From an uncultured Myxococcales bacterium (lineage in GTDB: Bacteria; Myxococcota; Kuafuiibacteriia; Kuafuiibacteriales; Kuafuiibacteriaceae), in contig CAYXDO010000014.1 of NCBI GenBank assembly GCA_964463485.1, positions 34,063-98,062 on the forward strand: DNA of 64,000 nucleotides. Reading direction: 5' to 3'. Below are positions 1 through 9,653 of this stretch, piece after piece. The translations under genes were made by a program, and so were the position numbers. The number at the start of each line of letters is the position of its first letter. Position 1 is the first letter of the stretch. The notes under the pieces are model-generated. The model saw only the letters and a list, made by a program, of their open reading frames with translations, searched no databases and was not told where the DNA came from.

Positions 1-1365
1 CGGATCGGTGTCACGGGTGGCCGAACACCCCGCGAGCAGGGCGACGTCAATGGCGCGGTCGACTGTGAGAGTGTTGTCTTGGAAAGTCGTGACTCGGTCG
101 TCGGATGTCAGCCTAGCGAACGTCGAAGGTGTCGGTGCAGCGAGGTCGAGCGCGTAGTCCTCGGGCTCGTCCGACCTTCCGATCGCTTCGAGGCTCGAAC
201 GGCCCCAAGTCATGATCGACCCCCTGCTCGCTCCGGACACACTCTGGATCGAGGCTCCCACTGCGTCTTGGTTGAGTGCGAGCCCGGTGATGACGGCGTC
301 CTCTGCGATGCCTTCGAGGACGATGCGACCCGTCTCGACCCCGGTGGCGTCGAACCTCACGATCGCCGGCTCGGCCCCGCCGATCGCGGCGAAAATGTCC
401 CCGTCGGCGCGGAGCTTCACGACACAGCCAGGAGCCTCCACTGATCGGTCGATCACCGGAGGGTCTCCGGCGAGCCAGACGAGGGAGCCGCCGGCGGCAC
501 AATCCAAGCCGGCGCTCACGGCGACGACCGCCCGGTCGCCGGGGAGCGCACTCATCGCCGCGGGGCGGCCAGCGAGCTCGATGCGCGAAACGTCGAAGGA
601 CAAGGACGACGGTTCGTGGATGAATCGGACCTCGCACTCAGGAAAGTCGGACTCGGAGGTCCCTCTGCAGCGCATCGTGAAGTCGCCGCCATCGCAGGTC
701 CCGACAGGTCGGTCGTCCGCGACATGAAGGCCCCCTCGTCCGTCGACCGCGGCGCGTATTCGGAACGCGGCACAATCGCCGGCGCTGACTTCCAATAGGC
801 AGCCCTCCTGAGTCACTCGCCAAGGACAACTCCTCGACGCACAACCCACGTCGGCGAATCCGACCAGGCCCGGCTGCACGATGTGAGGACAGCGCGCCAG
901 CCCTTTCGAAGTGAGGCTTGGCGCGAGGGTCACGGGCTCGAGGATGGCGACGCCGTCTTTGATGAGTCCTTGGAAAGTATCGTTCGGGGGCGGCCAGAGC
1001 GGGTCCTCCGGGAGGGCCAGCATGAGCGGCCCCGCGTCGCCTGGAGCAGCGTTCGGGATCGCCGACTCGAGTCGGTCCTCCGAGTACGCTACCAAGGTGA
1101 CCGAGGCCGCTTCGGTCCGCTCGAGCGAGACCTCGGTTTCGATGACCTCGGCGCCCGCTGAAATGAGTGGCGTCGATGCAACCACTCGATCCTGGCTGGA
1201 TTGGAAAACGAGACCGACAAAGTCCAGAGACAGGTCGGGCACGACGATGCTGAGTCGATCCTCGCACGCCACGGACCACACACCGAGGGCCAGCGCCAGG
1301 ATGATCTCCGAGCTCCGAGCGAGCTCCAGCGAGCGCCCTCGTTGGTGTGGAAATTCGCTCGTCAC
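1..1365 (-). CDS. Putative secreted/lipoprotein, 3'-partial (runs off window start). GTG start at 1365 followed by a signal-peptide-like N-terminus (RGRSLELARSSEIILALALGVWSVAC).
   Basis: Only minus-strand frame with high GC3, checked by hand at 1-300, 600-660 and 1140-1380. The other five frames give Arg-rich or Ala/Ser-rich junk. No closed ORF is listed in this frame because it is open to position 1. Confidence 0.35.
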   Translation of the reverse strand, partial: MTSEFPHQRGRSLELARSSEIILALALGVWSVACEDRLSIVVPDLSLDFVGLVFQSSQDRVVASTPLISAGAEVIETEVSLERTEAASVTLVAYSEDRLESAIPNAAPGDAGPLMLALPEDPLWPPPNDTFQGLIKDGVAILEPVTLAPSLTSKGLARCPHIVQPGLVGFADVGCASRSCPWRVTQEGCLLEVSAGDCAAFRIRAAVDGRGGLHVADDRPVGTCDGGDFTMRCRGTSESDFPECEVRFIHEPSSLSFDVSRIELAGRPAAMSALPGDRAVVAVSAGLDCAAGGSLVWLAGDPPVIDRSVEAPGCVVKLRADGDIFAAIGGAEPAIVRFDATGVETGRIVLEGIAEDAVITGLALNQDAVGASIQSVSGASRGSIMTWGRSSLEAIGRSDEPEDYALDLAAPTPSTFARLTSDDRVTTFQDNTLTVDRAIDVALLAGCSATRDTDP

Positions 1366-1484
1366 TCGAGATCAACTTCGCCGCGTGAGCCGAGCCGGTC
1401 AACTCGCATTCGCTCGGTCCGAGAGCACATGGCTCACGGGCCGACGACGGTCGCGGACGCAGGAATTGGTGGTATGGAACAGAG

Positions 1485-3002
1485 GTGCTTCGCGCTGTCG
1501 CTCTCGTCGTCCTCACTTGCTCTGGCACGGTCTACGCGGCCGAAACCGCGACTGTCACTTCGACCACCCAGAATTCGGCGTCCGCGGTCTTGCCCGGAGC
1601 GACGCCCCCTCGACTTGCGGTGACCTTTCGGAACCAGCCGGTGTTTTACATCGCCGACGACGGAGGCGCGTCTGGCAAGCAGCGAGCCTTGGCGATGTCA
1701 GAGGCGCTCGAGGGCGCATTGGAATCGTCCACCCGCGGGAGAAGGGACGCGCCCAATGCCTCGATCAAGACTCAAGGGACATTTGCGGTCCTCCAAGTTC
1801 GCGGCTACTTGGTCGGCGAGCTCCACGTGCGAGACGCCCACGCCGCGGGCTACGACGATCTGCCGGCGTTCGCGCGATCGCTCGAGGACGGGCTTGGCTT
1901 ATTCGTCGCCGATCAGCGGCGGCGCGCGGCCCTCCAAGGCAATGCGCTCCATGTCTTCACGGCCGGAGTGATTCTCTTCGTGGGACTGCTGTTGCTGCGA
2001 CTCGCTCGCTACCTATTTCGGCGAGCCGATGAGTACCTGGACGATCGGAGCAGCACGCTGCGTCCCATCGAATTGTTCAGCGTACCCATCATCGGGGTGG
2101 AGGGTGTCGGCGCTGCAGCGGCGCTCGGCGTGGCGATCGGACGCGTCGGAGCTTACGTGGGAATCATCCTCACCACTCTGTCCTTGTCGTTGTCCCAATT
2201 CGAAGTGGCTCGGGAATGGGTCACCGCCGCGTTGAGCTGGGCGTCGAAGCCGATACTCACCGGGTTGGAGGATGCGGTCGGAGCGGTCCCGCGACTCGTG
2301 TTGGCGGCATTCCTCGTCGTGGTGGCGAGCGGTGCCTTGAGAGTGACACGGTTGCTGCTCGGACAAGACGGGCTGACGAGGACCTCTCGCGGAGCGCTCA
2401 CGCCGTCTCGCGCCAGAGTGCTCGAAATCGTCGTTTCGCTCGCGGTGGTCCTGTTGATGGCGCCGTTGGCGATCGGCGCTGGGTTTGGGCGATTTCACAC
2501 GCCGATGGAAATTCTCGTTCTGGCGCTCGCCTCGAGCGGAGCGCTCGCGCTGACACCTTCGCTCGCCAGCGCGGTGGTCGGACTCCTGACGATCTGGCGA
2601 GGGACGCTCAGCGAGGGTCAGATGGTGAACGTACGCGGAGTCCGTGGCCGGATCTCCGCGGTCACACCTTGGGAAGTGGAGGTCGAGGGGGAGAGGGCAC
2701 GGACGATCATACCCATGTTATCGCTCGTCGCGACTCCGGTCGTGCACGAAGATGGAGGCTCCACCCAGCTCCTCTTGACGGTGAAGAGGACCATCGGCAT
2801 TCGGGAGCTCGTCGATGCGGCACGACGTCTCACTCAGGAGCTCTCACCCAAGGCTTCCGTGCGGTGTGTGCGCTTCGATCTCGACCAACTCGAGCTCAAC
2901 GTGAATGGTCTGGAGGGGAGCGTCGACGCCGAGCAAATACTATTTCGGTTGACCGATCGTGACTCAGGACTCGAAATCGTGGGCGCGAGGATCGGCGACT
3001 GA
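1485..3002 (+). CDS. MscS-family mechanosensitive channel-like membrane protein
   Basis: N-terminal signal sequence and several TM helices. The C-terminal segment GQMVNVRGVRGRISAVTPWEVEVEGERARTIIPMLSLVATPV resembles the MscS beta-domain signature (G..V.....G.V..I....T.L..DG....IPN-like). Stop overlaps the next start (TGATG). Confidence 0.6.
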   Translation: MLRAVALVVLTCSGTVYAAETATVTSTTQNSASAVLPGATPPRLAVTFRNQPVFYIADDGGASGKQRALAMSEALEGALESSTRGRRDAPNASIKTQGTFAVLQVRGYLVGELHVRDAHAAGYDDLPAFARSLEDGLGLFVADQRRRAALQGNALHVFTAGVILFVGLLLLRLARYLFRRADEYLDDRSSTLRPIELFSVPIIGVEGVGAAAALGVAIGRVGAYVGIILTTLSLSLSQFEVAREWVTAALSWASKPILTGLEDAVGAVPRLVLAAFLVVVASGALRVTRLLLGQDGLTRTSRGALTPSRARVLEIVVSLAVVLLMAPLAIGAGFGRFHTPMEILVLALASSGALALTPSLASAVVGLLTIWRGTLSEGQMVNVRGVRGRISAVTPWEVEVEGERARTIIPMLSLVATPVVHEDGGSTQLLLTVKRTIGIRELVDAARRLTQELSPKASVRCVRFDLDQLELNVNGLEGSVDAEQILFRLTDRDSGLEIVGARIGD

Positions 3003-5191
3003 TGGCGCCCACGGTTCTCAAAGGACTGGAGCACCACGCGCTCTTTCTTCTGTTGGTCCAGATCTGTGTGCTCCTGGGGGTCGCTCGGGTTCTTGGGGAA
3101 GTGATGCGAGCGTTGAGGCAACCGCCCGTCGTCGGCGAGCTCTTGGCTGGCGTCCTCTTGGGGCCGACGACCTTTGGCCTGGCGTTTCCGGAGCTTCAGG
3201 CCGCGATCTTCCCGGCCGTTCAATCACAAGCGGACCTCTTGGCCGTCGTAGCTTGGCTCGGAGTGCTGTCCCTCTTGGTCGTCACCGGGCTCGAGACGGA
3301 CATACGACTCATCGTCCAAAAAGGAGGGACGGCGCTGCTGATTTCCGCCGGAGGAATCATCGTCCCGTTCGCCACGGGTCTGGCGCTCGGCTGGATGCTT
3401 CCGGAGGGACTCCTCACCAGCCCCGAGCGGAGGTCGGTGTTCGCGTTGTTCATGGCCGTCGCGATGAGTATTTCGGCAGTGCCGGTCATAGCCAAGGTGC
3501 TCTTCGACCTGAAGCTCGTGCGAAGGGACATCGGCCAACTCACCCTAGCCGCCGCGATGACGGACGACACGATCGGCTGGATCCTCCTTTCGGTGGTGGC
3601 CGGCTTGGCGTCGCGCGGATCCGTGGAGCTCAGTGGGGTGGCTGTTTCGGTGGGTGCAGCGGTCGTGTTCTTGGCCCTTGCGCTCACCGTCGGCGGGCCG
3701 ATCGTCGCAGGGGTGCTGACCATCGTCGACCGCCTCGGAACGGGCGTCGCCGGGCAGTTCTCCGTCGTGCTAGTGTTGGCCTTCGGGGCGGCCGCCTTCA
3801 CCCAAGAGATGGGTATCGAGGCCGTACTCGGAGCCTTCGTCGTCGGCATCTTGGTGGGTCAAGCCAAACGCTTCAAGGCGGAAGTCTCTCACACGCTCGA
3901 GCTCGTCACAGCTGGCTTTCTCGCGCCCATCTTCTTCGCGTCGGCGGGCCTGAAGGTGGATCTGGTGCGATTACTCGATCCAGAAATCATGGTGGTCGGA
4001 TCGATCGTGCTCTTCATTGCCTGTCTCGGGAAGATGGTTGGATGTTATCTCGGTGCCTGGGCGGGTGGCTTGTCCCACTGGGAGCGCCTGGCCCTGGGTT
4101 CTGGGATGAATGCTCGCGGGGCAATGGAAATCATCGTGGCCACCGTCGGACTCGGACTCGGTGTGCTCACAGCAGAGATGTACTCAGTGATCGTCATGGT
4201 CGCGATCGTCACTTCGCTCATGGCCCCGCCGCTCCTTCGATGGACATTGTCTCACATCGAGATGAGCGAGGAGGAGACGCAGCGGCTCGAACGCGAGAGT
4301 CTCGCGGCGACCAGCTTTGCTCGGTCGATCCGCCGTGTGTTGATCGTAGCGCGGGACGAAGAGCAGGCCGAGCTGATTTCGGGACTCATGACGCACCTGA
4401 AGAGCGCTCAGCCGGTAGAGCTCACCGCGATTTACGCCAACCTGGATCAAGGCCCAATGGCGTGGTGGAGTATTTTCGGCGCCGATTCGCGACGGGCGCG
4501 AAGGGAGTTTCGGCAGGCGCTGGGTGGGGTGCGACGGGCCGTTGCGCGAATCGATGGGGCGCCGTTCGAGATGAAGGTGGCGACGGGCCAGAACGCGGCT
4601 GACGAGGTGCTACGGGAGGCCGCCCGCGGGTATGATTTGGTGGCCATGGGGGTCACGGCCTCGGCTGGCAGCGACGAGTTCTTGTTTGGAAGCGTACTCG
4701 ACCGCGTCGTGCAGGAGGCGCCTTGTCCGGTGCTCGTCCTCAAAGCGGCAGTCGAGCCCCATCGCGAGCCCGTTCGACGCATACTCGTGCCGACCGCGGG
4801 TGCCGAGCACAACCGACCAGCGGTGGAGGCTGCGTCGCTGCTGGCGCAAGGCGCCCGCGCAAAGGTGACCCTGCTGCACGTGCTCACGAACACGGGTGAC
4901 GTCCTTGCTGGCGAAGCCATGGCGCCAAATCGAAGTCGGGAGATTGCAGAAGACATGATCGAACAGCAGGCGACGATCGTGCGCAAACTCGGAGCCGATG
5001 TGGCCGAGCGCATCGTAGAGGCTGGCTCACCGGAGACCGCGATTCTGGAGATCGCTCAACGAGAGTCTTTCGATCTGGTGATCCTCGGCGCCAGCGCGCG
5101 CAGCGTGCGAAGTCGGGCGTATCTTGGACCCCGTGCGGAGGCGCTCCTTCGCTCGGCCCCGTGCGCGGTTGCCATCGTGTGCAGCGGCTGA
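3002..5191 (+). CDS. CPA2-family cation/proton antiporter (Kef/NhaP-like) fused to two C-terminal universal-stress-protein (UspA) domains
   Basis: 12-13 TM helix N-terminal domain (GELLAGVLLGPTTFG... typical Na+/H+ exchanger). C-terminal soluble part has two Usp-like modules (RVLIVARDEEQ... and RILVPTAGAEHNRPAVEAASLLAQGARAKVTLLHV...VILGASARS). Translationally coupled to the upstream gene. Confidence 0.8.
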   Translation: MAPTVLKGLEHHALFLLLVQICVLLGVARVLGEVMRALRQPPVVGELLAGVLLGPTTFGLAFPELQAAIFPAVQSQADLLAVVAWLGVLSLLVVTGLETDIRLIVQKGGTALLISAGGIIVPFATGLALGWMLPEGLLTSPERRSVFALFMAVAMSISAVPVIAKVLFDLKLVRRDIGQLTLAAAMTDDTIGWILLSVVAGLASRGSVELSGVAVSVGAAVVFLALALTVGGPIVAGVLTIVDRLGTGVAGQFSVVLVLAFGAAAFTQEMGIEAVLGAFVVGILVGQAKRFKAEVSHTLELVTAGFLAPIFFASAGLKVDLVRLLDPEIMVVGSIVLFIACLGKMVGCYLGAWAGGLSHWERLALGSGMNARGAMEIIVATVGLGLGVLTAEMYSVIVMVAIVTSLMAPPLLRWTLSHIEMSEEETQRLERESLAATSFARSIRRVLIVARDEEQAELISGLMTHLKSAQPVELTAIYANLDQGPMAWWSIFGADSRRARREFRQALGGVRRAVARIDGAPFEMKVATGQNAADEVLREAARGYDLVAMGVTASAGSDEFLFGSVLDRVVQEAPCPVLVLKAAVEPHREPVRRILVPTAGAEHNRPAVEAASLLAQGARAKVTLLHVLTNTGDVLAGEAMAPNRSREIAEDMIEQQATIVRKLGADVAERIVEAGSPETAILEIAQRESFDLVILGASARSVRSRAYLGPRAEALLRSAPCAVAIVCSG

Positions 5192-5231
5192 CCCCCGCAA
5201 TCGAGGGCGCCTGCACTGGGTCGGTCGGCCT

Positions 5232-7283
5232 TCAGTCCACGGTGATCGATTTGCTCACGTTCTTCGGGACATCCGGATGTACGCCGTGCCCGCGCAACCC
5301 GAGGGCGTCGAGGTGACTCGCCTTCTTCGTGCTCATCTCGAGCGCGAGCAACTGCAACACGACCGTCGCAGAGAACATGGCCGAGAGAGTGTCTCCGGTC
5401 CGCGGGAGCTCGATGAATTGGGACACGTACCGCGGGTTGTCGGCCGGTGGCTTGGTGGCGGCCTGGCGTAACGCGGCGTCGTCCTCGGCGATGACGATGG
5501 TCTTGGCTCCTCTGATCTTGTGAGTGTTCATTTGGGACACCGTCAAGTCCACATCTCGGACGTTCGGGCCAGTCACGTAAATCAGAGGATAGTCTGCATC
5601 CAAAGTCTCGAGCAAATCAGCACGGCGAGACGGATCGAAGCCAGGGACCGAGGCGTCGAAGAGTCCGTGCAAATTCTCGACCGCACCAGCCTCGACCGCT
5701 CGCGTCACGGCCTCGAAGAGTGCGCGGACTTGGTCGATGCCGTACACCGTACTCTTCCCAAGAATCGTGTTGGGTCCGTGTTTGAACTCGGAGGCTTCGA
5801 AGCCCTCGGTGTGATTGAGCACGACCTCGCGGATCTTGAGCGCACCTTCCTTGGCGATCGCGGCCATCCGAGTGGCCAGGATGTGAAGGCTCGGCGCCAT
5901 GAACAGAGCCGCGGCGGCGCGCTCGATGGCGGGCTTGGTTTCGCGCAGCGTGGTCTCGATGAGCACAGGGAGCCCGGCGAAGCGACGCCTGCGCTCGGAT
6001 AGTCCCAGGGCGATCGCAGCGCGGGTAGCCGGATCGACCGAAGGGTCCTCCGCGCGTTTTTCGGCGACGCGGAGCGCGAGGCCGTAGAAGACGGCCATCT
6101 GATTCAGGAAGCTCTTGGTGGCCGGCACGGCGATCTCGGGGCCGCATCGGAGCGGGATCACGAGCTCACTCTGTTCCTGACCTAGCGTAGAGCTCACGTT
6201 GTTCACGATCCCGACGCGGGTCACTTTCTTCCCTGACGCGGCGACCAAGGTCATCACGTCGACGAGATCCTTGGTCTCTCCGCTCTGCGACACTGCGACG
6301 ACCAGGTCGCCGTCCGCGAGGGTGTCCGCGTACTGACCGCGAAACTCACCGGGGAGCACGGGAAAGATCGGCGCCCTCGCGAGCTCATCGAAGAACAGCG
6401 CGCCGGCCTTGGCCGCGTGAAAGGAGCTCCCGCAAGAGACGACGTAGACATGACGGCCGCTCTGAATCGCGTGGAGGACGAGGTCCGCGAAGGAGCTCGC
6501 GGCTCGTTCGACCTCGAGGAGCTCGTCTTTGGCGAGCACCGCGTCGAACAAGATCAGCGGGACGCGGTCACCGGCGAGGGGCTCGAGCTCCGAAAAGCTC
6601 GGCGCGTCCGTGGACGACAGGGACTCGAGGAGGGGCGCCGTTCGGAGCGCGGTCTTCGTCGCCTCGGGCAACCCATCGAGAATTCCGCGCACGGAGGGCG
6701 CTCCGACGAGCTCCGCGAGCGCCGCGCGAGCGCCCGCTTCGCCCTGCGCGTCGATGAGTGCGTCGACGCGAGGCCGCAGCTCGTCGAGCGTGCGCTCGTC
6801 GAGCGCCGCGGAGAACGTTCTCAGCGCGTCGGACCCGCCAGAGAACGAGGTCACGACGTCACGGACAGTCTTCACCTGCGCATGGATCTCTTGCTCCATG
6901 AAGGTGCGAAAGCCCGGCAACAAGACGGTGTCGCGCGCTCGCAACCTGCTCTTCTTGGGCGATTTCTCGACGCGACCGCCGGCCGCGACACTCCCCTTGG
7001 CTCTGACCGCGTACACTGCCCAAGCCGCGCCGTCGTGCTCGACGAAATCACCCTCCGAAATCGGAACGACCAAGCGAGTTAGTTTGAGCACCGACGACAG
7101 ATCGGAAGAAGCCAGCGTGAAGCTCCGACCTTGCTCATCCTTCCCGAAACCGAAATACAGCGAGGAGCCCAGCTTGATCGCCCAAGAGGCGCGAGAGACG
7201 GGATCGACCACGACCGCCGCGAAAGATCCCTTGAGCATCGCCGCCGCGTCCACGATCGCCGCACGCATCGCCGCGCGCCGATC
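5232..7283 (-). pseudogene. glmS 3'-fragment (aa ~152-835 of the intact copy at 21503-24010). Lacks the N-terminal Ntn-glutamine amidotransferase domain and catalytic Cys1. Read-through N-terminus (to 7445) is non-homologous junk.
   Basis: 100 % nucleotide identity over 2052 bp with 21503-23554 (constant ORF offset of 16271 for all six frames). Identity starts exactly at the stop codon and ends inside the GATase-coding region. Confidence 0.8.
5232..7283. repeat. Left copy of 2052-bp perfect direct repeat (DR-L)
   Basis: Boundaries mapped by hand: 5231 t vs 21502 c (differ), 5232=21503 onward identical, 7283=23554 last identical base, 7284 t vs 23555 c. Confidence 0.9.
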
Positions 7284-7290
7284 TCGCGCC

Positions 7291-7326
7291 TGTTCGAACA
7301 GTGCCGCGCTTGTTCGAACAGTGCCG
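7291..7326. repeat. 16-bp direct microduplication tgttcgaacagtgccg x2 (7291-7306, 7311-7326) immediately outside the DR-L boundary
   Basis: Read directly from the sequence. Absent from the corresponding position after DR-R. Confidence 0.8.
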
Positions 7327-7372
7327 GGCCCCTTGTTCACTTTTCGGGAACAGTCGCCGGGGCCCCTTTTTT
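7323..7372 (+). terminator. Intrinsic-terminator-like GC hairpin (GGGCCCC ... GGGGCCC) followed by TTTTTT
   Basis: 7-bp all-GC stem 7326-7332 / 7359-7365, loop with an internal ttgttc/gaacag pairing, then cTTTTTT 7366-7372. No obvious plus-strand gene ends here, so the role is unclear. Confidence 0.3.
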
Positions 7373-7650
7373 GACTCTTGGTGCGAACCCTTCTGCTTGG
7401 CAGCCAGTGCTTGCACCGAGGATTCGAAGAGCGGAGCCCAGCCACGATCTTGGCTTCGGAGAATCAGTCGACTCACCGTCGGCTCCTCGCCTCCCGTGGG
7501 CAGCGGAGGGAGAGCGTCGTTTCGGACCTTCCTCGTGGTGCAGAGCATAATTAATAAGTAGGAGCATCCCGGTCGAGATCGATCTCGGCGACCCGAGCTC
7601 GGCCCGACTCGATCTCACCAGTGCCCGAGCTCGATCTCAAGCCGACGATA

Positions 7651-7680
7651 TCAGAGTCCGGGACTTGCCCGGACTCAGAG
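7651..7680. promoter_or_regulatory. Near-perfect inverted repeat tcagagtccggg-acttg-cccggactcagag, with an unusual AT-rich patch ataattaataagta at 7547-7560, upstream of the first insert gene
   Basis: Stem gagtccggg / cccggactc with a 5-nt loop. The AT-rich 14-mer is exceptional in this ~66 % GC DNA. Lies 65-200 bp upstream of the 7746 start, which has an AAGGAG-like RBS (gaaggag) 8 nt upstream. Confidence 0.3.
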
Positions 7681-7745
7681 GGCGACGCTACTCATAACGA
7701 GTCGAATTCGACACATTAGTCGAGATCGAAGAAGGAGCACCCGAA

Positions 7746-9149
7746 ATGAACCCGGTCCCAATCGTTGCGTTGGTCGCCCTGATCCACGCTACCTCGCCCT
7801 CCCCCGCTACGTCCCCGCCTTTGATCGCTCGTCAGGAGTTTGACGGGAGTCGCCCGCTCGAAGCCAGAGCTCAGCTTGGTCCGAACCGAGGCCGCCTCGT
7901 GATCTCCGGCGGCCAGCTCGCACAAGTCCTCCCCGGACCCGGCATCCGCGAGCGCTTCTGCTTCGACGCGCTTCCCGGCGATCGGCACGCTGCCCTGCGG
8001 ATGAATCTCGCCAGCGGCGCCGCCGCGGAGTTGTTCATCCAATACGACGATCCGAGCTCTTTCGTCAGCGTCGTCGCTTTCGCGTCCGGCGCCGGTCGAA
8101 TCGTCACGCGCACCGCGGGCGGCGACACGATCGTCGCCAACTTCTCCACGGGCATCGTGCGGAACTTGTGGTCGCGAATGCGAGTCGAGGCCAGTCAGAT
8201 CGACCTCGGTAACTCCGAGATCCTGATCTCGATCGATGGCGCGCCGATCGCTTCCGCGGTGGTTCCGCGAGCGATTGAAGGGTCTGCGGTGTGTTATGGC
8301 GTGCGCGGACAAGCGCGCCTAGCGTGGACCGCGCTTTGGGGCTGTGCTGCGGGTGAGATGTTCACAGAAGCTTCGTGCCAGGCACGCGAAGCCAACAGGT
8401 GCGCCGACGGGGTGACCACGAGCTCCGAGGAGTGCGACGACGGCAACACCTCAGACGGTGACGGTTGCTCCGCTGTCTGCACGGCTGAGTTCTGCGGCGA
8501 CGCGCTCCTCTCCGGCGTCGAAGAGTGCGACGACGGCAACACCTCAGCCGGTGACGGTTGCTCCGCCGTCTGCACGATCGAGTCATGCGGTGACTCGATC
8601 CTCACGGGCACCGAAGAGTGCGACGACGGCAACACCGCAGGCGGTGACGGTTGCTCCTCCCTTTGCAGGATCGAGCCCACTGTCTTGTACTCTCAGCCCT
8701 TTGACGCTCCGAACTTCGTGGAAGGGATCGTGGGCTCGCAGGCGTTGTTCGACGGCGCTTCGTGGCTCGACATGGGCGGCGGATCGCAGCTCTACCACTC
8801 CAACTCGGGCCGACCGAGCTCAGGCTCCATGTCCGTTCGCAAGAGCTTCATCTCTTCGTGGTCCGGAGCCCTCGTCTACTCGATTCCGGCTCCGGCTCGG
8901 TCCGACGAAGTCCTTCGCGTTCGGTTCTGGATTTACAGCGCGCTCGGCTCGTTCGACCTCGGCGTGAACCGTGCCGGTGGTGCCACCGTCACTCGAACGA
9001 TTCCGATGGGCGGTTGGACGCTCGTCGACGCCCAGCTCTTGAGCAGCCTCGACACGAGTGAGGCCTACATTCTGTTGGGCGCCATGCCGCCTGACCCGTC
9101 TGGTTGGAGCGTGAAGGTCGACACGATCATCGTCGAGCTCACCCCGTAG
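7746..9149 (+). CDS. Secreted protein with three myxobacterial cysteine-rich repeats (TIGR02232-like: ECDDGNTxxGDGCSxxCxxExCGD)
   Basis: Three ~20-aa Cys-rich repeats (8390-8690 at DNA level, ~60-bp period). Hydrophobic N-terminus. RBS-like gaaggag upstream of the ATG. Confidence 0.7.
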   Translation: MNPVPIVALVALIHATSPSPATSPPLIARQEFDGSRPLEARAQLGPNRGRLVISGGQLAQVLPGPGIRERFCFDALPGDRHAALRMNLASGAAAELFIQYDDPSSFVSVVAFASGAGRIVTRTAGGDTIVANFSTGIVRNLWSRMRVEASQIDLGNSEILISIDGAPIASAVVPRAIEGSAVCYGVRGQARLAWTALWGCAAGEMFTEASCQAREANRCADGVTTSSEECDDGNTSDGDGCSAVCTAEFCGDALLSGVEECDDGNTSAGDGCSAVCTIESCGDSILTGTEECDDGNTAGGDGCSSLCRIEPTVLYSQPFDAPNFVEGIVGSQALFDGASWLDMGGGSQLYHSNSGRPSSGSMSVRKSFISSWSGALVYSIPAPARSDEVLRVRFWIYSALGSFDLGVNRAGGATVTRTIPMGGWTLVDAQLLSSLDTSEAYILLGAMPPDPSGWSVKVDTIIVELTP

Positions 9150-9653
9150 CCGCCAATCGTCGACACGTAGCCGTCGACGAATCATGCCTTCGGCCGCCCT
9201 GCCGCGGGACTACTCGCGGCGCTGCCAAGGGCTACCCGACTCCGACCTACCCACGTCGACCCCAATCGGGTTCGTTCTCGACGAGCCGACTTCAAACTCA
9301 TCCAGACGTTTGCGTCGAACGCGTTTGTACTCATCAACTCGCACGCCGCATTCTTGCCTCATGAATACTGCCCCCCGCCGCCAAGTCGTCCGAGCGTTAC
9401 ATCGATTGGGCTTCAACGCCACGAAAGGAAACGGAAGCGGCCACACTGTGTTCGTAGACCTCTGCGGTCGAAAAGTCCAAGCGGTCGTTCGCTCGAAGAA
9501 GACTCACCACGTCGAGGCCACGGCGCGGAGCCTGGAGCACTTCGGTGTCTGCACCAGGCGGGAGTTCTTCGAATTGGTGCGGCGATCGTGAAGAATTTGT
9601 CGATCGTGTGGGACTCACGCGGAGGCTCGGCGCACCTTGACTCCGCGCCAGCC

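Noticed and set aside
79-2032. Many overlapping listed ORFs (e.g. 113-637, 212-727, 638-1528, 911-2032) rich in Arg or Ala/Ser/Thr
   Set aside because: These are alternative-frame artefacts typical of high-GC DNA (Arg-rich = frame +1 of GC-rich codons, Ala/Ser/Thr-rich = antisense). Only the minus frame ending at 1365 has a coding-like GC3 pattern.
2216-4602. Long ORFs 2216-2962 and 2959-4602 (+) overlapping the channel and antiporter genes
   Set aside because: Low-complexity Arg/Gly-rich translations, out of frame with clearly motif-bearing genes (MscS-like, CPA2).
5232-7445. Treating 5232-7445 as an intact 737-aa gene
   Set aside because: Identity to glmS stops at 7283. The upstream 54 codons are unrelated low-complexity read-through, and the catalytic N-terminal domain is missing, so it is a truncated pseudogene copy.
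9354-9653. Listed start of gene A at 9354
   Set aside because: The first ~100 codons (PHEYCPPPPSRPSV...RKRKRP...) look non-coding or low-complexity. The homologous AAA+ region begins after the Met at 9654, so the shorter model is preferred, though the exact start remains uncertain.
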